Positions 36,914-53,690 of a stretch of DNA of 64,000 nt are shown one piece after another. Both the position numbers and the translations under genes were made by a program. The DNA lies in the NCBI GenBank assembly GCA_976226885.1, contig OZ320317.1:21886001-21950000 (forward strand), given 5' to 3'. Source of the stretch: Iphione sp. A-MEVVRFRX5 (taxonomy: Eukaryota). The first letter of the stretch is position 1. Every line of letters begins with the position of its first letter. Under the pieces are notes generated by a model. It was not told the DNA's origin, searched no databases, and saw nothing but the letters and a program-made list of their open reading frames with translations.

Positions 36914-38760
36914 GCACCGTGGGAGTGGCATGATCACTCACTATAGGGTGTAAAGGTAGAGTACTCACCCGTTCCTTATGGAAACTCCAAAGGCGCTTAT
37001 GGGCAGTGGGTATACTAGGGAGCCTTACGGCATAGGGGGGTCTATCTGGCAAGAGGTTTGCTGGCACTAGACTGTGGTGCCAAGAGCCCACAGGTGGAGA
37101 CCAGAGAACACTCGCTACAACAAGGCCAGAAATGAAAAAATAGAAATTTTTTTTTTTTAAATAGAGAGTACCCACCCGGTCCTTATATATACTGAACCTC
37201 CAAAGGCCCCTATGGGCAGTGGGTATACTTGGAAATCTTATGGTATTAAGGGAGACTATTCTTTTCAGAGGTTTGCTGGCACTGGTCTGTGGTGCCAGGG
37301 GGTCCACATGTGGAGTGTCACAGGCACTGCTACTGCTACTTTTTTTTAATGGTCGTATTTATCCTGGACATGATACATGTATGTATTTCATTTCAGCATT
37401 GTCCAGGTCAAATCCACATTATCTATATTTATCCGGATATAATAAAATTATACCATTACAATACAGTTCTTGATCATCCACTTGGGGGCTAATGGACCCA
37501 TCGATTACACCTGATGTTACAGAGCTGTTGTCTTAATGAGAACCAAAAAGTGCATGGGGGACGTAAAAGGCTCCCTTGACAAATGTGCATGTGACATAGC
37601 TGACAGACTTGAAGAAATAATATTTTTTTCGTCAGGCCTTTTTCTAAAACTACTATATGTAGGCAAAAATGGTTTTGGTTGTCTGTAGCCAAGGTATGAT
37701 GCAGTATTTGTCAAAGTTTAAGAGCTTTCTGAAAAGAATTGACAGAACAACAGCAGCGGAAAAAAGATGGGGGCTTTTAAGATGGGACTCATGCCAGACT
37801 GTCACGCAGATGTTGAGGGCGCTCTGTTGTGACTTAATTTTGTGAAGCCATCGATCGGTAGTCGATGACTCCATAGCCTTATCCGCATGCCTGCAACTAA
37901 CTTCGGCACTATCTGACCTAACACCTCTGTTGCCTTACCAAAGATCACTTGGGTTCTGCCACATGGCCCATAGGCCAGTGTTTGTTTTGGGATGACATAT
38001 TTGATGCTGTTTGATACCCTTAACTTAGGTATACTCCAGAGAATTACACTTTCCTCATTAGATTGGCCAGGACTGTCACGACGTCCCATCTTGGCCCACA
38101 GTATACTGCTGTAAACTTATTGGACATTACCACTATGTGCCCTGCGTTTGTGCTAATTTACAGTCCTTGTCTGAAAATAGGCAACGCAGGTCAATGCATG
38201 TCACCGCACACGCATGTCACCGCATGTATGGAAACAATCTCACTGATAGCTCATAAACCAATAATGACATAATTCACCGCATGTCACCGCACACGCATAG
38301 CGCCGCATGTATGGAAACCGGGCTGTAGGGGATGTCCACTGTAGCCGAGCTACCCCTTCTCCCTCTCTCTCACCAAAGTATAGATATTTCATCACTTACG
38401 GTGGTGGTGGTGGTGGTGGGTGGGTGTCGGGTCAAGCTTGGAAGTGATATCCCCTTCTCCCTCTAGTAAGAAGTACAGTGGAATGTCCTGATTATGGGCA
38501 CCCTCCGTTCTTCACTGAACTGTCCTGGTACTGCTGCTGAAAATTAGCTCAATTTGCGTACTAATCCAAGTACACCCAGGTTATGGTTTACTTTGAAGGA
38601 ATGTGTACGAAAACCCGCACAGATTACGCCGTTATGGCTTCACGTTTGAAGCAATTCGCACCAAGAAACGCACCGTACGTATTCATGTGGGAGCATTCGG
38701 GATCATTATCGCGTAGAAACCTTTTCTTCTTTTTTGCAGAGAATATTGGTACCATTCAGC

Positions 38761-41575
<2,815 letters not shown>

Positions 41576-44449
41576 TGCTCTGGTGTATATAGATTGTTGT
41601 ACAAATTAAAATACCTGCAATGTTATTATCTTGTTGAGCCATGTACTTTTTTTTTTCTCATCAGAGTTGAACTGTTGTGCCCACCCGAGTCGTACTTTGG
41701 CATTCCACAATACAATGACGCATATCTTGTTTCATTTTCTCCATTTTGGATGTACAAGTAGTGCAAAACTAGGAGTTCATCAAGTGATGCATTATATAAT
41801 AGCAGTTGAATTCCTTCGCGGTACTGATAACGCTTTGCCTGGACTTCACATTTTATATGTTGTACAGTAATCTTTCTAAGGAGGCAAACGCTGCACTTTC
41901 AGCGTGAAAAAAACAGTTTTTGAACTTCATTATTACCCTACAACAATATTGTAATCACTGTTTGGATACCTTTTTTAACTGTTTGTTACACTTGCTGTTG
42001 AATTGCAGTTCCTGAAATCTTCACTTCAGGGATTTACTCGTTTTGACATTCTTATAGGGATGGATGGCATTCCCATGTTGAAATTTGGAACTCTTTCATG
42101 CCGATATAGAGTTATTTTTGAATAAAATGTTGAAAAAAATGTGTATCCCTTTTATATCAATACCGTTTGTCCGATTCTTTTTAACCCTTTTCCAGAAACC
42201 TTTCGAACGTGGAGGCACTCACTGCATAAACGATGAAGATTTGACTTGTAGCAGGGAAGCTTTGGCACTGTCCAACTTAAAACATGTTGATTGCTAGTGC
42301 CGTGTTCTTCGGAGAGTACATAGAATTCTGGTATATTTCTTAATTTACATGTAGGAAATGCCATACAGTTATAAACACTAACAAATTCACTGTGGACTTT
42401 CTTCCGTTCTGAAAACCGTTTCAAAGAAGCGCGGATGGAATAAAATAATTGTTCTGTTGAGTCTGACTTCCCAGTTCCAGACGAGTTTTTATCACTCAGG
42501 GGCTATTCACATGTATTCATATGAAAGTTTTGCATCCATGTCCAGATGTGGAGACCCCCCCCCCCTTGTGTATTTTACTATTGGTTCCTATGGAATCCCT
42601 GTGCGGACGTTGACAAAATCTATCTTGGATGGGTTTGACTCTACATCCACACACGTACCCTTAAAAGTAAGGTTACATCTGAATGACCATATTGCTTGTA
42701 CATGGATGGGAGCATCTCTACATCCACTTCTGGACGTGGAATGGAGGAATCGGGATACATATTAAGAGCCCCTGAGCAATGAGTCAGTTGGTACATGTAT
42801 AACATTTGCTGTCGTTGAATAAAAATCCCTGTAGGTGGCTGTCTTGCGGAATTATTGAACCCCACTAGGTGTCTCTCGACGTGCAATTTTAGTTCTGGTA
42901 CTTTACAGTAGATGGCAGTCCGGCAGAGCGATTCTCCCGAGGGAAAACAATATTTCTGTTGGGAATCAATAGCAATGGAAACAGAGGGAAAAGTCATGGG
43001 AGAATGTCGAGAAAGTCTTTATATCATTCGATGCCAACAAATGTGGGATATTTTTCACATAGGGCAATCCCATGTATTTGGCATGATGCCCTCAGGAATG
43101 GCTTGTATAATGTGTAACGTGACTAGCGTAGAGAGAAATGAGAAGTCAACGGACCGAGTAAAAATAATCTTGAGAAAAAGTAGAATATAAGTTTCACTCC
43201 AATATACACTAAATCGTTGTGCATGGAATGGTCTCTCTCGTGTGTGCAAAGAGAAAGGGTCTGTTTATTCCAGAAAACATGGGTTTATATATGACAGTGT
43301 TACATAAGAGTCGCTAAAAATAGGATGTCTAGACACCTGCTTATGCGCAGCAAATAAACAATCCGCGCAGTACCCCTACTACGCAGCATCACAATCCGTG
43401 AGGTACCTCTACTACGCAGTAACTCTACTGGTCCGGAAGTCGTCACGGATCGCACCCCATCCCGGATCACGGATTCCGTTACGGACCGTTCTCACGGACC
43501 AACCATCCTTCTAACGCTATACGCTCCTATGACATGCATACACTACAAATGTATGACAAATATTTTCAGGCTTGCTTAATGATATCAAGAACGGCTACTC
43601 CCACAACCACCATGAACCAACCAAGAATTAATATCGGATGGCTCATCTTCTGGCCCGATTGAGGGATGAAATACTTGACCAAAAATTCACAAGCACAGTC
43701 CTCTATTATCATAGTCTCAATCTCCTCGTAGTCATTGGAGTTGTCTATGAATTTTATTGTCCCCTAAATCACCTGAGGAACTGCTGCATGATAGTAGATA
43801 TGCATGCTTGCACCAATTGTTTTTCTGCCGGGTCAAAGTCGTTTCTGCCTTGAATAGTGTATGTGAAGGTCTGTGCGCCTGAGGGGGCGGGGGGTAGTTT
43901 TTTCATTTCGTCTGACTTTTGATTGCATTTGTGCAGGTTGTTTTGTCTGACTTTTGATTGCATTTGTGCAGGTTGTTTGGCACAACCAATTGACTCATTG
44001 GCATACTCTCGTAGCCATGCCCACCTATCACAACATGACAGTCATACTTTTACTACAGTTATGTACAATGTTCAAAATTTAAAACGTAGGTTTCTAGTCA
44101 CAGTGTCAGTGTACTGCACTTTCTCATATACTTTGAAAATAAATATAAATGCCTCACCATATTCTCTATGGATTTATGTCCATACATTTACATAACCACA
44201 TAATGCCATGTGACAGTCATAATTCTAATATGGCCATGCATGAGCGACAGTGTCACTCTAATATAATCTGTGCAGACTGGTTACAAAAGTCACATGACAA
44301 AATGGCATAATGTAATTAGTTATGGAATGCTTTGATCGAAAGATGTCGTGACCATATAACAAGTCATGTAGTGATATGCCAATTAAAAGGGCAAACTGTA
44401 CTGCCAAATATAAGAACCTTCCCTGTCTCTATCTCTATCACTTTTCCTC

Positions 44450-44484
44450 CCCCTCTCTCCCCCTTCTCCCCTCTCTCCCCCCTC

Positions 44485-44519
<35 letters not shown>

Positions 44520-44756
44520 CTTTCTCCTTTTTTGTGGAAATTTCTAATCCACCCTCGGAATTACACCTGCATTCCCCCTCAGGTGGGCATGGGCAGGTGC
44601 ACGGGGTTAGCGGTTATGAGCAGGTGTCCACTTTTAGACAAGGTGGATGGGTAAGGCAATGAACAGGGAAGACAGTATATGGTACCAGGTATAGGAACGT
44701 ACCTCTGTCTCTGTCTGTCTGTTTGTCTGTTTGTGTCGTCTCTGTCTGTCTGTCTG

Positions 44757-44807
<51 letters not shown>
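44450..44807. repeat. Two CT/(TGTC)n microsatellite tracts (about 44450-44516 and 44705-44807)
   Basis: Direct reading. Confidence 0.9.
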
Positions 44808-44809
<2 letters not shown>

Positions 44810-45140
44810 TAGTCGCTCTTGGGATCATGAAAAAACTGATGGTACATTGACTTTTTGGGATCCAAATTTCCGAAATCCAAATAATTCTGCATAAATTGGG
44901 CCGCTTTGTGTATATCTCTTGGAGTTTATTCTGCAGACTAGTAATAGGGCAGAAATTATTGTGCCAGGTATAGGATTTCTCTGCCTCCCCGTCTCTCTTT
45001 CATGGAAATGACGCAGATTCCGTGTTAACTGTTTTTTTGCGCAAATCGTTTTTTTCAAAATATGCTGACTGTGCATGAATTGTTCCTTTTTTTGCATGTA
45101 GACACTATTCTGGGCTGGAACATGCCAACAGGTGAGTAGT

Positions 45141-45290
45141 GAGGTGAGGGAAGGCAGGCAGTCGGATGGGCATAGCCTTGCAGGAGCAGACAGGTAGGCA
45201 GGTGGGTTGGTAGAGAGGTGAGGGAAAAAAAGCAGGCAGCTAGAGGGGTATAGCCTTGCAGGAGCAGACAGGTAGGCAGGCGGGTTGGTA
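45141..45290. repeat. ~78-bp tandem duplication
   Basis: tagccttgcaggagcagacaggtaggcagg at 45173 and 45251. Confidence 0.85.
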
Positions 45291-48200
45291 CCTCTCTCTA
45301 CCCTAAAACCTTTTGTCTGTCTCGGATTTGACCATAACCCCCCCATGCAGGTGCAAAGCTGGACATGAGGAAGGTGTTGCCTCCTTACGTTAATTCACCT
45401 GTTCATGGTATCACCAAGATTGCCGTTTAAAATTCTAGGTTTTGTCCTATTTTAGGAGTGAATACTACATGTTTTTTTAACATAATTTTATATCCTTAGA
45501 TCACAGGTTCAAGGGTTTCAATGTTTATCACGTACTTAGATGATTGGGGACAGAAGCGGAGGGAAAATGCGGATAGTATGAAAGGTATACTACTGACAGG
45601 TTACAAAATACATGGGGACTAGGGAGAAAGACATGGGAACAGTTTGTAAGGCATGGTATACAGGGAAGGATGTGCTTACAGTAAGAAAAGGCACGAGTAA
45701 ACTTCTAGTCAATACTTTGTAAGGACATTTTTGGTTAATCTTATTGTCTGACACTTGACGATCTCTTCGATTTCCATGACAGTGTATGCACACAACCCAC
45801 ATAGGCAAACGTACTCTCCAAACTGGACATCCCGCTCCCCAGGAGGGCAGGGCGTTGTGTATTCATTGCCTCATTGTATTTCCCTTCTCATCCATTACAT
45901 GAACTAAAAGGAACATCTTCATCGTTCCTCACATAGTTTTTCCCCCAGGAGCTTCCCCTGGACAATGTCTTGGGTAATCTCCTGCCGCTCCCTAACCTCT
46001 TACCCCCCCCGCCCACCCTCCCCCACTTTCCCCATTGCCTTTTACAGAAGCGCTTTCCCATACCACTTCCCTTTTCTCTATTTCCCGACTCGTCCCATGC
46101 CTCGGGGATTTTGTAATTCTACTGGTTTGGGAGACAAGAGTCTTCCTTTACCTATAGTTGCGCTACTAAGACTGGCCCCTGTTCTGACCTCATTGCCAAA
46201 CGCAGCGATCCTTACGAAGCCCCCCCAAACAAAAGACACACAGATCCATCGTTGAAATTGGTGTATTTGGAGTTGAGGTAAAGGGGGCTCGGTGTGCCAC
46301 CACAGAGGCAGATAACACATGCACTTACCATCTCCTGAAGCCAGAGATCTGTCAGCCTCAGTCGGGTTACGTATCACAGCTACACGTGAGGGAGGAGTTA
46401 TCCGCGAAGCACGAGCAGCTCAGTTACAACCTCAGTGCATTTCTGGTGTATCTGGAGGTATAATCGAACACCCCCCCGCCCGTCTATGTTTTCTTTTGTA
46501 ATTAAAAAACGAAATCACAAATAAAGGTAGATAGTTTATAGTATCATATCTTTTATTTAAATGCAAACATCTCTTGAGAATCTTTTAAGTGGACAGGTGC
46601 TTGAATATAAGTGGCTTCCTGAGCATATTGTGGATGGAACAAAATGCCCCCTCTAATTTGTGGTGCTCTGGCAGGACTCGGTCTGGGGGTCTTTCGATAC
46701 GGCAAGATTTCCTGGATCGGGTCTTGGGTAATATTGCCAACTTACAAAACATCATGTTCTGTCTTGAAAGCTGGCAAGCGGTAAATTTTTAACCGGTGTT
46801 GATCCGTCAGTTTTGTTCCAGTCGTAATTGTGACCCAGATGTTCAATTTTTTTTCAGGAAGAGGTCTGTCTCAGCGTTTCCCCAGTCCTTCTCTACTGTC
46901 ACTCCCTTTCTTCTTTACGGAGAACTTGTTTGAATTTACATTTGTACGTATTCAGTACCTGTTATAGTCGACCCAATGCTTGTGGAAGGCTAGCATGGCC
47001 ATTGGGAGTTGATAGCTTGTTGACCTTACACTAATTAACGAGGTTAGCTGTGCAAACTGATCACACAGGTTGCACGATGCGTGTACACGAGTGTGTGTGT
47101 GTTACATAAATTCAGTAAAATATTGAGAATTTTAAGAAGGCTTGCTCTAAAGATGTATGAATCTAGCAAAATCAAGGACAGTTGGTGCAAACATGTCTCT
47201 TTGTGCAAATGCCTCTCAGTAGGTATCGCTGATACATACCTCCACATTGAACTTGTTCCCCTCTCCTTCTGTCCTTCACCGTCCATCTTTGATTGCCTGT
47301 CCTTTTCTCGTAATATTTTCCTCGCGGCGTTTCTCCTTTTCCTGTAGTTTCCACGTAAAATAAAAAAAACATAATTAAGACCACAAGTGGGACTGCACAA
47401 TTTTTGCCTGCATTTTCAAGTTGTCGGCATTGATAGACATTATAGAAAATCATCGGTTGGTGCTAGCCAAACTTTGACTTAATCCCGATCGTCCTCCTAG
47501 TTAGGGTGCAGGATGGGTTCCTACTGTATGCATCTCTCCCTCTGCCTTCCTGTCTTCGATTTCCTTTTCTTTTCTCCTTTCTGTCTCATTCTCTTGCCAT
47601 ATTCCTTACCTTCAGGGGTAATGAAAAATAACCAACTCTAATTGACCCAGATAGTCAACACTCAAAAAAGATAAGATCTATGACTAGATTAACTAAGAGC
47701 CTTCATTTTACGTGGCTGTCCTGAACAAGTGTTGGTGACTTTAACTGGAAAGGTCACATCACAGTTACGTTGGCGTGAATTGCTTCAGACTTTGGCAATA
47801 AGTACAGGGAGAATTGAATACAAAATAAATGTCGAAAATAAGGGTGTCCATGTGATGCGTGATGAAAAGAACGAACGTATTCCCTCATAATTCACCAGAG
47901 GAATTCATATTAAGGGAATGACTCAGTAATCTGTATTATTATTGGAATGTGTGCACATTTATTCCCCAGTTTTGCATTGGAGTTAATCATTAAGGCGCGA
48001 TATTCACGTGCATGAAGGCACACGGTATGTCGGTAATGATGTGTGTTTGTGTCCTATCCGTATGCCAATCTGTTTGTATGAACGTGCATTATGGAAGTGT
48101 GTACGTGTAAAAGTGGATGGATTCTGCGCTCAATAGGTGTGCTCTTTATGTCAATGTGGCTGAAAAGAGATGGACTCAGCAAAACCTGTACCACAGTAAT

Positions 48201-49458
48201 GTTTTTGCAGCAGTATGGCTGAACAGGGGGGCGGATTTTATATAATATGTGTTTTTCTTGCATTAATATTACCGAAGAGATATTTACGAGTATTTCCCAA
48301 GGAAATAACTCGTGATAAAACAGACATGAACTGTTCTTTTATACGAATCATATATGATTTTTGTATGCCTGAAGATATGGAATCGCCCTGGGCCTCAAGT
48401 GTCTCATACCTTAGTAAAATAATGGATCTTCTGACAGATACAAACCAGAAACTCGTATTCTGGAAAAGTAGGCCTAACAGCGTCAACAGTATGATGTATA
48501 AACCTTCTACTGCCAAATTTCATTGTTGGTTGATGATACTTTTATTCTGTCGCTAATTTGTGAGATTCCAAACCTCTGACCACCGGTTGGGTCTATCCTC
48601 ACGGTTTATACTGCCACTGTACTAGAGAATTCCAGACCAAAACTGCAGCGACGTGGTCAGCAAGAACAAGTGCGTGTGTCCTCTGGATACACGGACATGG
48701 CGATCCAGGTCTCGATGGGAAATCGTTCAGCCATGTCGCTAAGGCTGGCTCGAGCTCCCACTTGCGCTATTCTAATGGCCTTTCACAGCTTGTATAGTGT
48801 GTTGGGGGGGGGTATTGCGACTAGTAGTTGTGATGATTGCTGTGTGAGTTTGAATTCAGCGTAGACCTCTCCCATAGGCCCAGTACTCATAGGCATTCGT
48901 GGGTGACTGTCTGCCCAGTCTCTTGTGTATTTCTGCTAGGCTCTGGCTATTCCCATTCCTGTCCGTCTCTGTATTGACCTCTGACTTTCGGGTTGGAGCC
49001 GGATCAGGAGTACATTGTGTGAATGAACTAGAGGATAAACGTCTACTCAGGTTTACGTATCGACCCCATCCGGTCACGCTGGAAGAAGAGCAATAGGGAA
49101 GGGAGCGTAGACGGATTTTATCTCACTCCTCATGTGGATGTATCCATAGCCATCTTTTTGCCTGTGTACTTTGATTTTCTTTATAGTTACACGCTAAGGC
49201 TTAATTTCGTTGTGCACATATTCGCACGTAGCTTGTATTAGCCTGATGGACAGCCGTGAAACATTAACACTGTCTCTTTACGAAAACAAGGCACATACAG
49301 AACACACTACACGTGTGTATAGAGATACTAATCATAGTTCCCCTAAAATGATCCAAAGGTGCTGCCATAGTCATGAAAACAATTATACATGGAAATTAGG
49401 CCTCATACCTTGCCCATAAAATAATATACATTACTGGTAGCTCCAATTGTACAGTATA

Positions 49459-50352
49459 CAGGAGAACCCGCCTATTGTGACCACCTAAGGGACTGAGCTC
49501 AAGTGGTCGCATTAGGCAGCTGGTCTCCTAAGGCATTGGTTGGCTCCCTCTCTCTCTCTATGTCCCTCTCTCTGTCTCCCTCTCTGTCTCCCTCTCTGTA
49601 TCCCTCTCTCTGTCTCCCTCTCTCTGTCTCCCTCTCTATGGGGAATATTATGGGGAAAAAGTCCAAGTTAACTGAATATTATGGGGAAAAAGTCCAAGTT
49701 AACTGAATATTATGGGGAAAAAGTCCAAGTTAACTGAATATTACCCTCAAACAAGCGCGACAGGAGTTCCTCTAGGGTCGTTTTCGTAGTGTTTCTTGGG
49801 TATCAGGGACGGTGGTTGCCCCAGATACCCTCAGAAAACGCTAACTTGGCTTGAGTTTCCCCTGTCAGACCCTCAAATTGGCAGGATACAAGCCAGTGGT
49901 CGCCCCGGTTACTCTAAAACAAGCGCGACAGGAGTTCCTCAAAGCTTGTTTTCATAGTGTTTATTGGGTATCAGGGCCGGCGGTCGCCCCAGTTACCCTC
50001 AAACAAGCGCGACAGGAGTTCCTCTAGGGTCGTTTTCATAGTGTTTCTGGGGTATCAGAGGTGGCGGTCGGCCAGGAAACCCTCAAACAAGCGCGACAGG
50101 AGTTCCTCTAGGGTCGTTTTCGTAGTGTTTCTTGGGTATCAGGGACGGTGGTCACCCTAGGCACGTTAAAACAAGCGTTTCTGTTCTTAAAATGGTGGTC
50201 GTATTGGCCGCATGGTCGCCCAAGCCAGTGGTCGCCCTGGGCAAAGTTTATCATATAGCAAATGTACTGAAATTTGGTTCGTTCTTAGTAAAACTGGTCG
50301 CAATGGGCGAGTGGTCACCCCAGGCGGCTGGTCGCAGGGTGGGGTTCTCCTG
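49459..50352 (+). mobile_element. MITE (~0.9 kb) with TA TSD, CAGGAGAACCC TIRs and internal 31-bp and 84-bp arrays
   Basis: ta|caggagaaccc ... gggttctcctg|ta; three exact 31-bp units (49652-49742); five 84-bp units starting 49744, 49828, 49912, 49996, 50080; repeated subterminal tggtcgccc motifs. Confidence 0.85.
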
Positions 50353-50569
50353 TAGTACTGTTACAATTTAGCCTTGCTGAACTGTATTGAATGCACTGTT
50401 GAATAATGGTACTGTACTGGCACTTTATCAAGCCAGTGCTATACTGATTTTTTAAAAGCACCCCTGCCACATATTTTTATATTCCTATCAACCCAATGAA
50501 AGCTTTATTCCCATGCATTTTCTTATGTTTTTGTCGCCATTGTGGTTTCTCTTGTTTGATTTTCGTCTG

Positions 50570-52040
50570 TTTCCTACTTGTGTAATGAAGTTGTTTTCAT
50601 TGGGTGGTCTTGCAGGGAACTCGATCCGGGATCTGGGGTCCCACAGGCTAGTCTGATGGGCCCCCAGATGTTCTCCATGGTGATTAATTCCCTACTGAGT
50701 GCATTAGTTATTTCCAAGTTAATCTTGTACATTGTATATGGATGACTTGACTGTGTACTGCACAGGGTCAAATATGATGACTCTGTGCCTTAAGCTTCAG
50801 AGAACCATCAAGGACATAGTAAAATGGTCTGAGGACAATGGTCTCACCCTAAACGTATCAAAGATGATGTACATAGCCTTTGGAAAAGTAAGAGACTTTG
50901 AAGCTGACCTAAAGCTTAATGGTAAGCAAATTCAGCATGTGAATGTATGTAACTTCTTAGGCTGCACTGTAGATAACAAGTTAACCTTGACTCCAATGGC
51001 GATGGGGATGGAAAAAACTATAGGGCAGAGAGCTATCTGACTCTCAAAAGTCACTAAGTTTGTCCCATTTCGGGACTGGGTGAGGCTATTCAAATCGTTT
51101 GTCTGCCCAGTACTAGATTATGGCTTACAGTACTTTGTAAACTGTAGTAAAAAGCTCATAGATGACCTTCCAATTGAGATGAATAGAGCTATGAAGCTAT
51201 TAATGCTAGGAATTACTAGGGCCAGCATGTCATTGTCCTTGATATGCCAGTGATCGGGGTTATTACCTGTCTATGACAGAGGCTCCAAGCAGCTGCTTCT
51301 ATTGATCAACAGACTCAACCTGATACATGAATGTATTGTTGATATATCTAGTAGACTGTTGAGAAGCCTAACTGACAGGTTACTCACCAGGAGAGCCACT
51401 AAGACTCATTTCCAGAAGTCTTTCTGGAATCAGGGCACTACTGCTTGGAATAGAATCCAGTACCTCCTAAAGGGGCAGCTAACAATGCTGAGTTCAAAAA
51501 ATTGCCATAAACATAACTCCTTTCAAACTAATTGGACATATATATATGTCCTTCTCCTTCCTAAAGTTTGTAGAGGATGAACACTGCAGTGAATTAACCC
51601 TCATTAATCATGTATTAGTTATATCAAACTTTATCAGATGTCTAATATTATCAAATGTGGTAATCTTAATGTGTCTCTAGAAGAGTTAGCAATGCTGATA
51701 TGTCCAATTTCCTGATAGTACATCTTTATATCATGTGTATTTCGATTGACCTGTACTCATAACACTTGTTTTTCTACTCATGTTAGTCACTTGCAGAGTT
51801 GATTACATGGTTTGCAAAGAAGAAACCTAAGTTAGAATAAACTCGCAATGATGTTACTTCTGTATTTGTCTTCATATCACTTTATTTTCTCTGCTCTTGT
51901 AATTTTTCGTCTTTACCATTCAATTTTTCTACATGTTTTCCTTTAATTACTTACCTGTTCACAGGCAGATCTCTATGCATTTGCTTGTCATCTACTGTGA
52001 GAAATGAATAAACAACTTTTCCATTTCCATTTCAATTTCA
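50570..52040 (+). mobile_element. 5'-truncated, decayed non-LTR retrotransposon (CR1/L2 group) RT C-terminus and 3' UTR
   Basis: SYLCN...GVPQASLMGPQMFSMVINSL, SKLILY..YMDD (7-nt duplication shifts the frame), KWSEDNGLTLNVSK, NFLGCTVDNKLT, FKSFVCPVLDYG; AATAAA at 52007 then a (CCATTT/CAATTT)n tail at 52021-52040. Confidence 0.85.
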
Positions 52041-52756
52041 CATGACTTGTCCTCCCTATACAAAGCCTATGTAGGTGCTTGTGATCTTATCCACTGCACA
52101 ACACAGTCCAGACAATGGTTAGAGCATTATGTTTATATTCATTTTACATTTTTAGATCTTGCAGTTGTTAAAGTAAAGCATATGAACAAAGGTCAGAAGA
52201 GATTTCGGGAATCAAAGCATCTTTAGCAAGCATAGCTCTATATATATACATGTACATGAATACATAAATTATCAGCATCTCCAGCACAACCCCCCCCAGT
52301 GGAATTATCCATTTTTTCATGAATTCAAGGGATTTTTAGCATGACCTTATAAACATATATGTACATGACATGTATGTTTTTTTTTTACATTACATACCGT
52401 TCTGTTTACTCCACACCTCAATGAGCACTTGAAATCCGTCTCAGCTTCACCTCGGTGGACCAAACTCTCTTGACGTAGTCTGCAAATCACTCGATAGTCG
52501 GGAAAGGGGTGGAGGGCGTTTAATTAGATAAAATCCTTGTGGGGTGATTTACTAACAATACAGCCCTCGGGCAGAGCAGTCGTGCTGTATTTCCAGTATC
52601 CACACCATTAATAATATCTGCTACTTAATGGGAAGATGTATATGAAAATAACATGATATACCATTCCTAGTAGCTTAAATCGCGTATTTTTAATTATACA
52701 TGTATTTCCCCATTTATTTTTATAACAATGACACCTGGGAAATGTCCAGGTCTTAT

Positions 52757-53690
52757 TTTGATTTGATTTGAAAACTTTTATTGAGCAAATAAGTCATCCT
52801 TCACAGGATATTGTTCGTTAGTAACTCAGAATAGTCAGATTTATTTTCTTAAACATGGCTATGAGTTAGTACGTGCTTCCTTATATTTGAAGTTCTTTTC
52901 TCCACATTTATCAGATCAGCTGGCAGTTGATTCCATAATGCAAAACCATGATAAACAGCACTTGATCTGTAGAGATCTTTGTTAGGCTTGTCCAGATGAA
53001 GGACCGGCCTACCGGCATTACGTGTACGTGTAACCTGTTTGTAATGACAAATTGACAAACAATGAATATCATTAACAACCATTAATAGTAAATATTCACA
53101 TCATTGCCAGACTGTCATCATCTTATTCTCCCTCACCCAACTCAATAACTCCACTGTTGAGGAGTCTTTGGATAGAATACATGCCCTTATGGCACTTCTC
53201 CATGCAATTTCTAACTTCCTCTGATCCGATTTCCTTGCCCCCCACACCAGATACAAAGCATAATCAACATGTGGCTGGAGAAAAGCCACTACTAACTTTT
53301 TCCGAACGGTATTGCTTGTATAGCTCCTCGATCTCTGTATTGCAAACTTAATACTGTGCATTTTCTTGATCTTACTAGTCACAAATGGACCAAACTTTAA
53401 ATGACTATCTATCTGAACACCCCAAAACATAAAGTCCATTACCGATTCAATTTTGTCCCCTCCCAGCTGCAAATCCAAATCAAATCCAATTGCTTTACCA
53501 AATAATTGATACTTAGTTTTCAACCTATTCAACAAGAAACCGTTATCACTAGTCCATTTTAGTATAACATTCAGCGTATGTTGGACCTTTTAACTTAACG
53601 CAAGAGCATTCGAGCTCCAGGTTAAGACCGTTATGTCATCTGCATATAAAATTAATTTACTTGGGAAGGCTACAGAAAATTTTTATTATC
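52757..53690 (-). mobile_element. 5'-truncated, decayed non-LTR retrotransposon (CR1/L2 group) RT C-terminus
   Basis: SKLILYADDITV at 53646-53635, KWTSDNGFLLNRLKTKY, FWGVQIDSHLKF, AFLQPHVDYA, ALWNQLPADL; minus-strand AATAAA then a (CAAAT)n tail near 52757-52782. Confidence 0.85.

Noticed and set aside
42641-42997. Minus-strand ORF faintly like a hAT transposase (FPSGESLCRTAI)
   Set aside because: No catalytic D/TTDxW motif; similarity is too weak without a search.
46600-46850. Minus-strand NIWVTI...IYRLP resembling a LINE endonuclease
   Set aside because: Stops nearby and no other endonuclease motifs; unsupported.
49744-50160. 84-bp (and 44-bp, 31-bp) arrays as CRISPR-like loci
   Set aside because: Units repeat along their whole length with no unique spacers; eukaryotic context with no cas genes.
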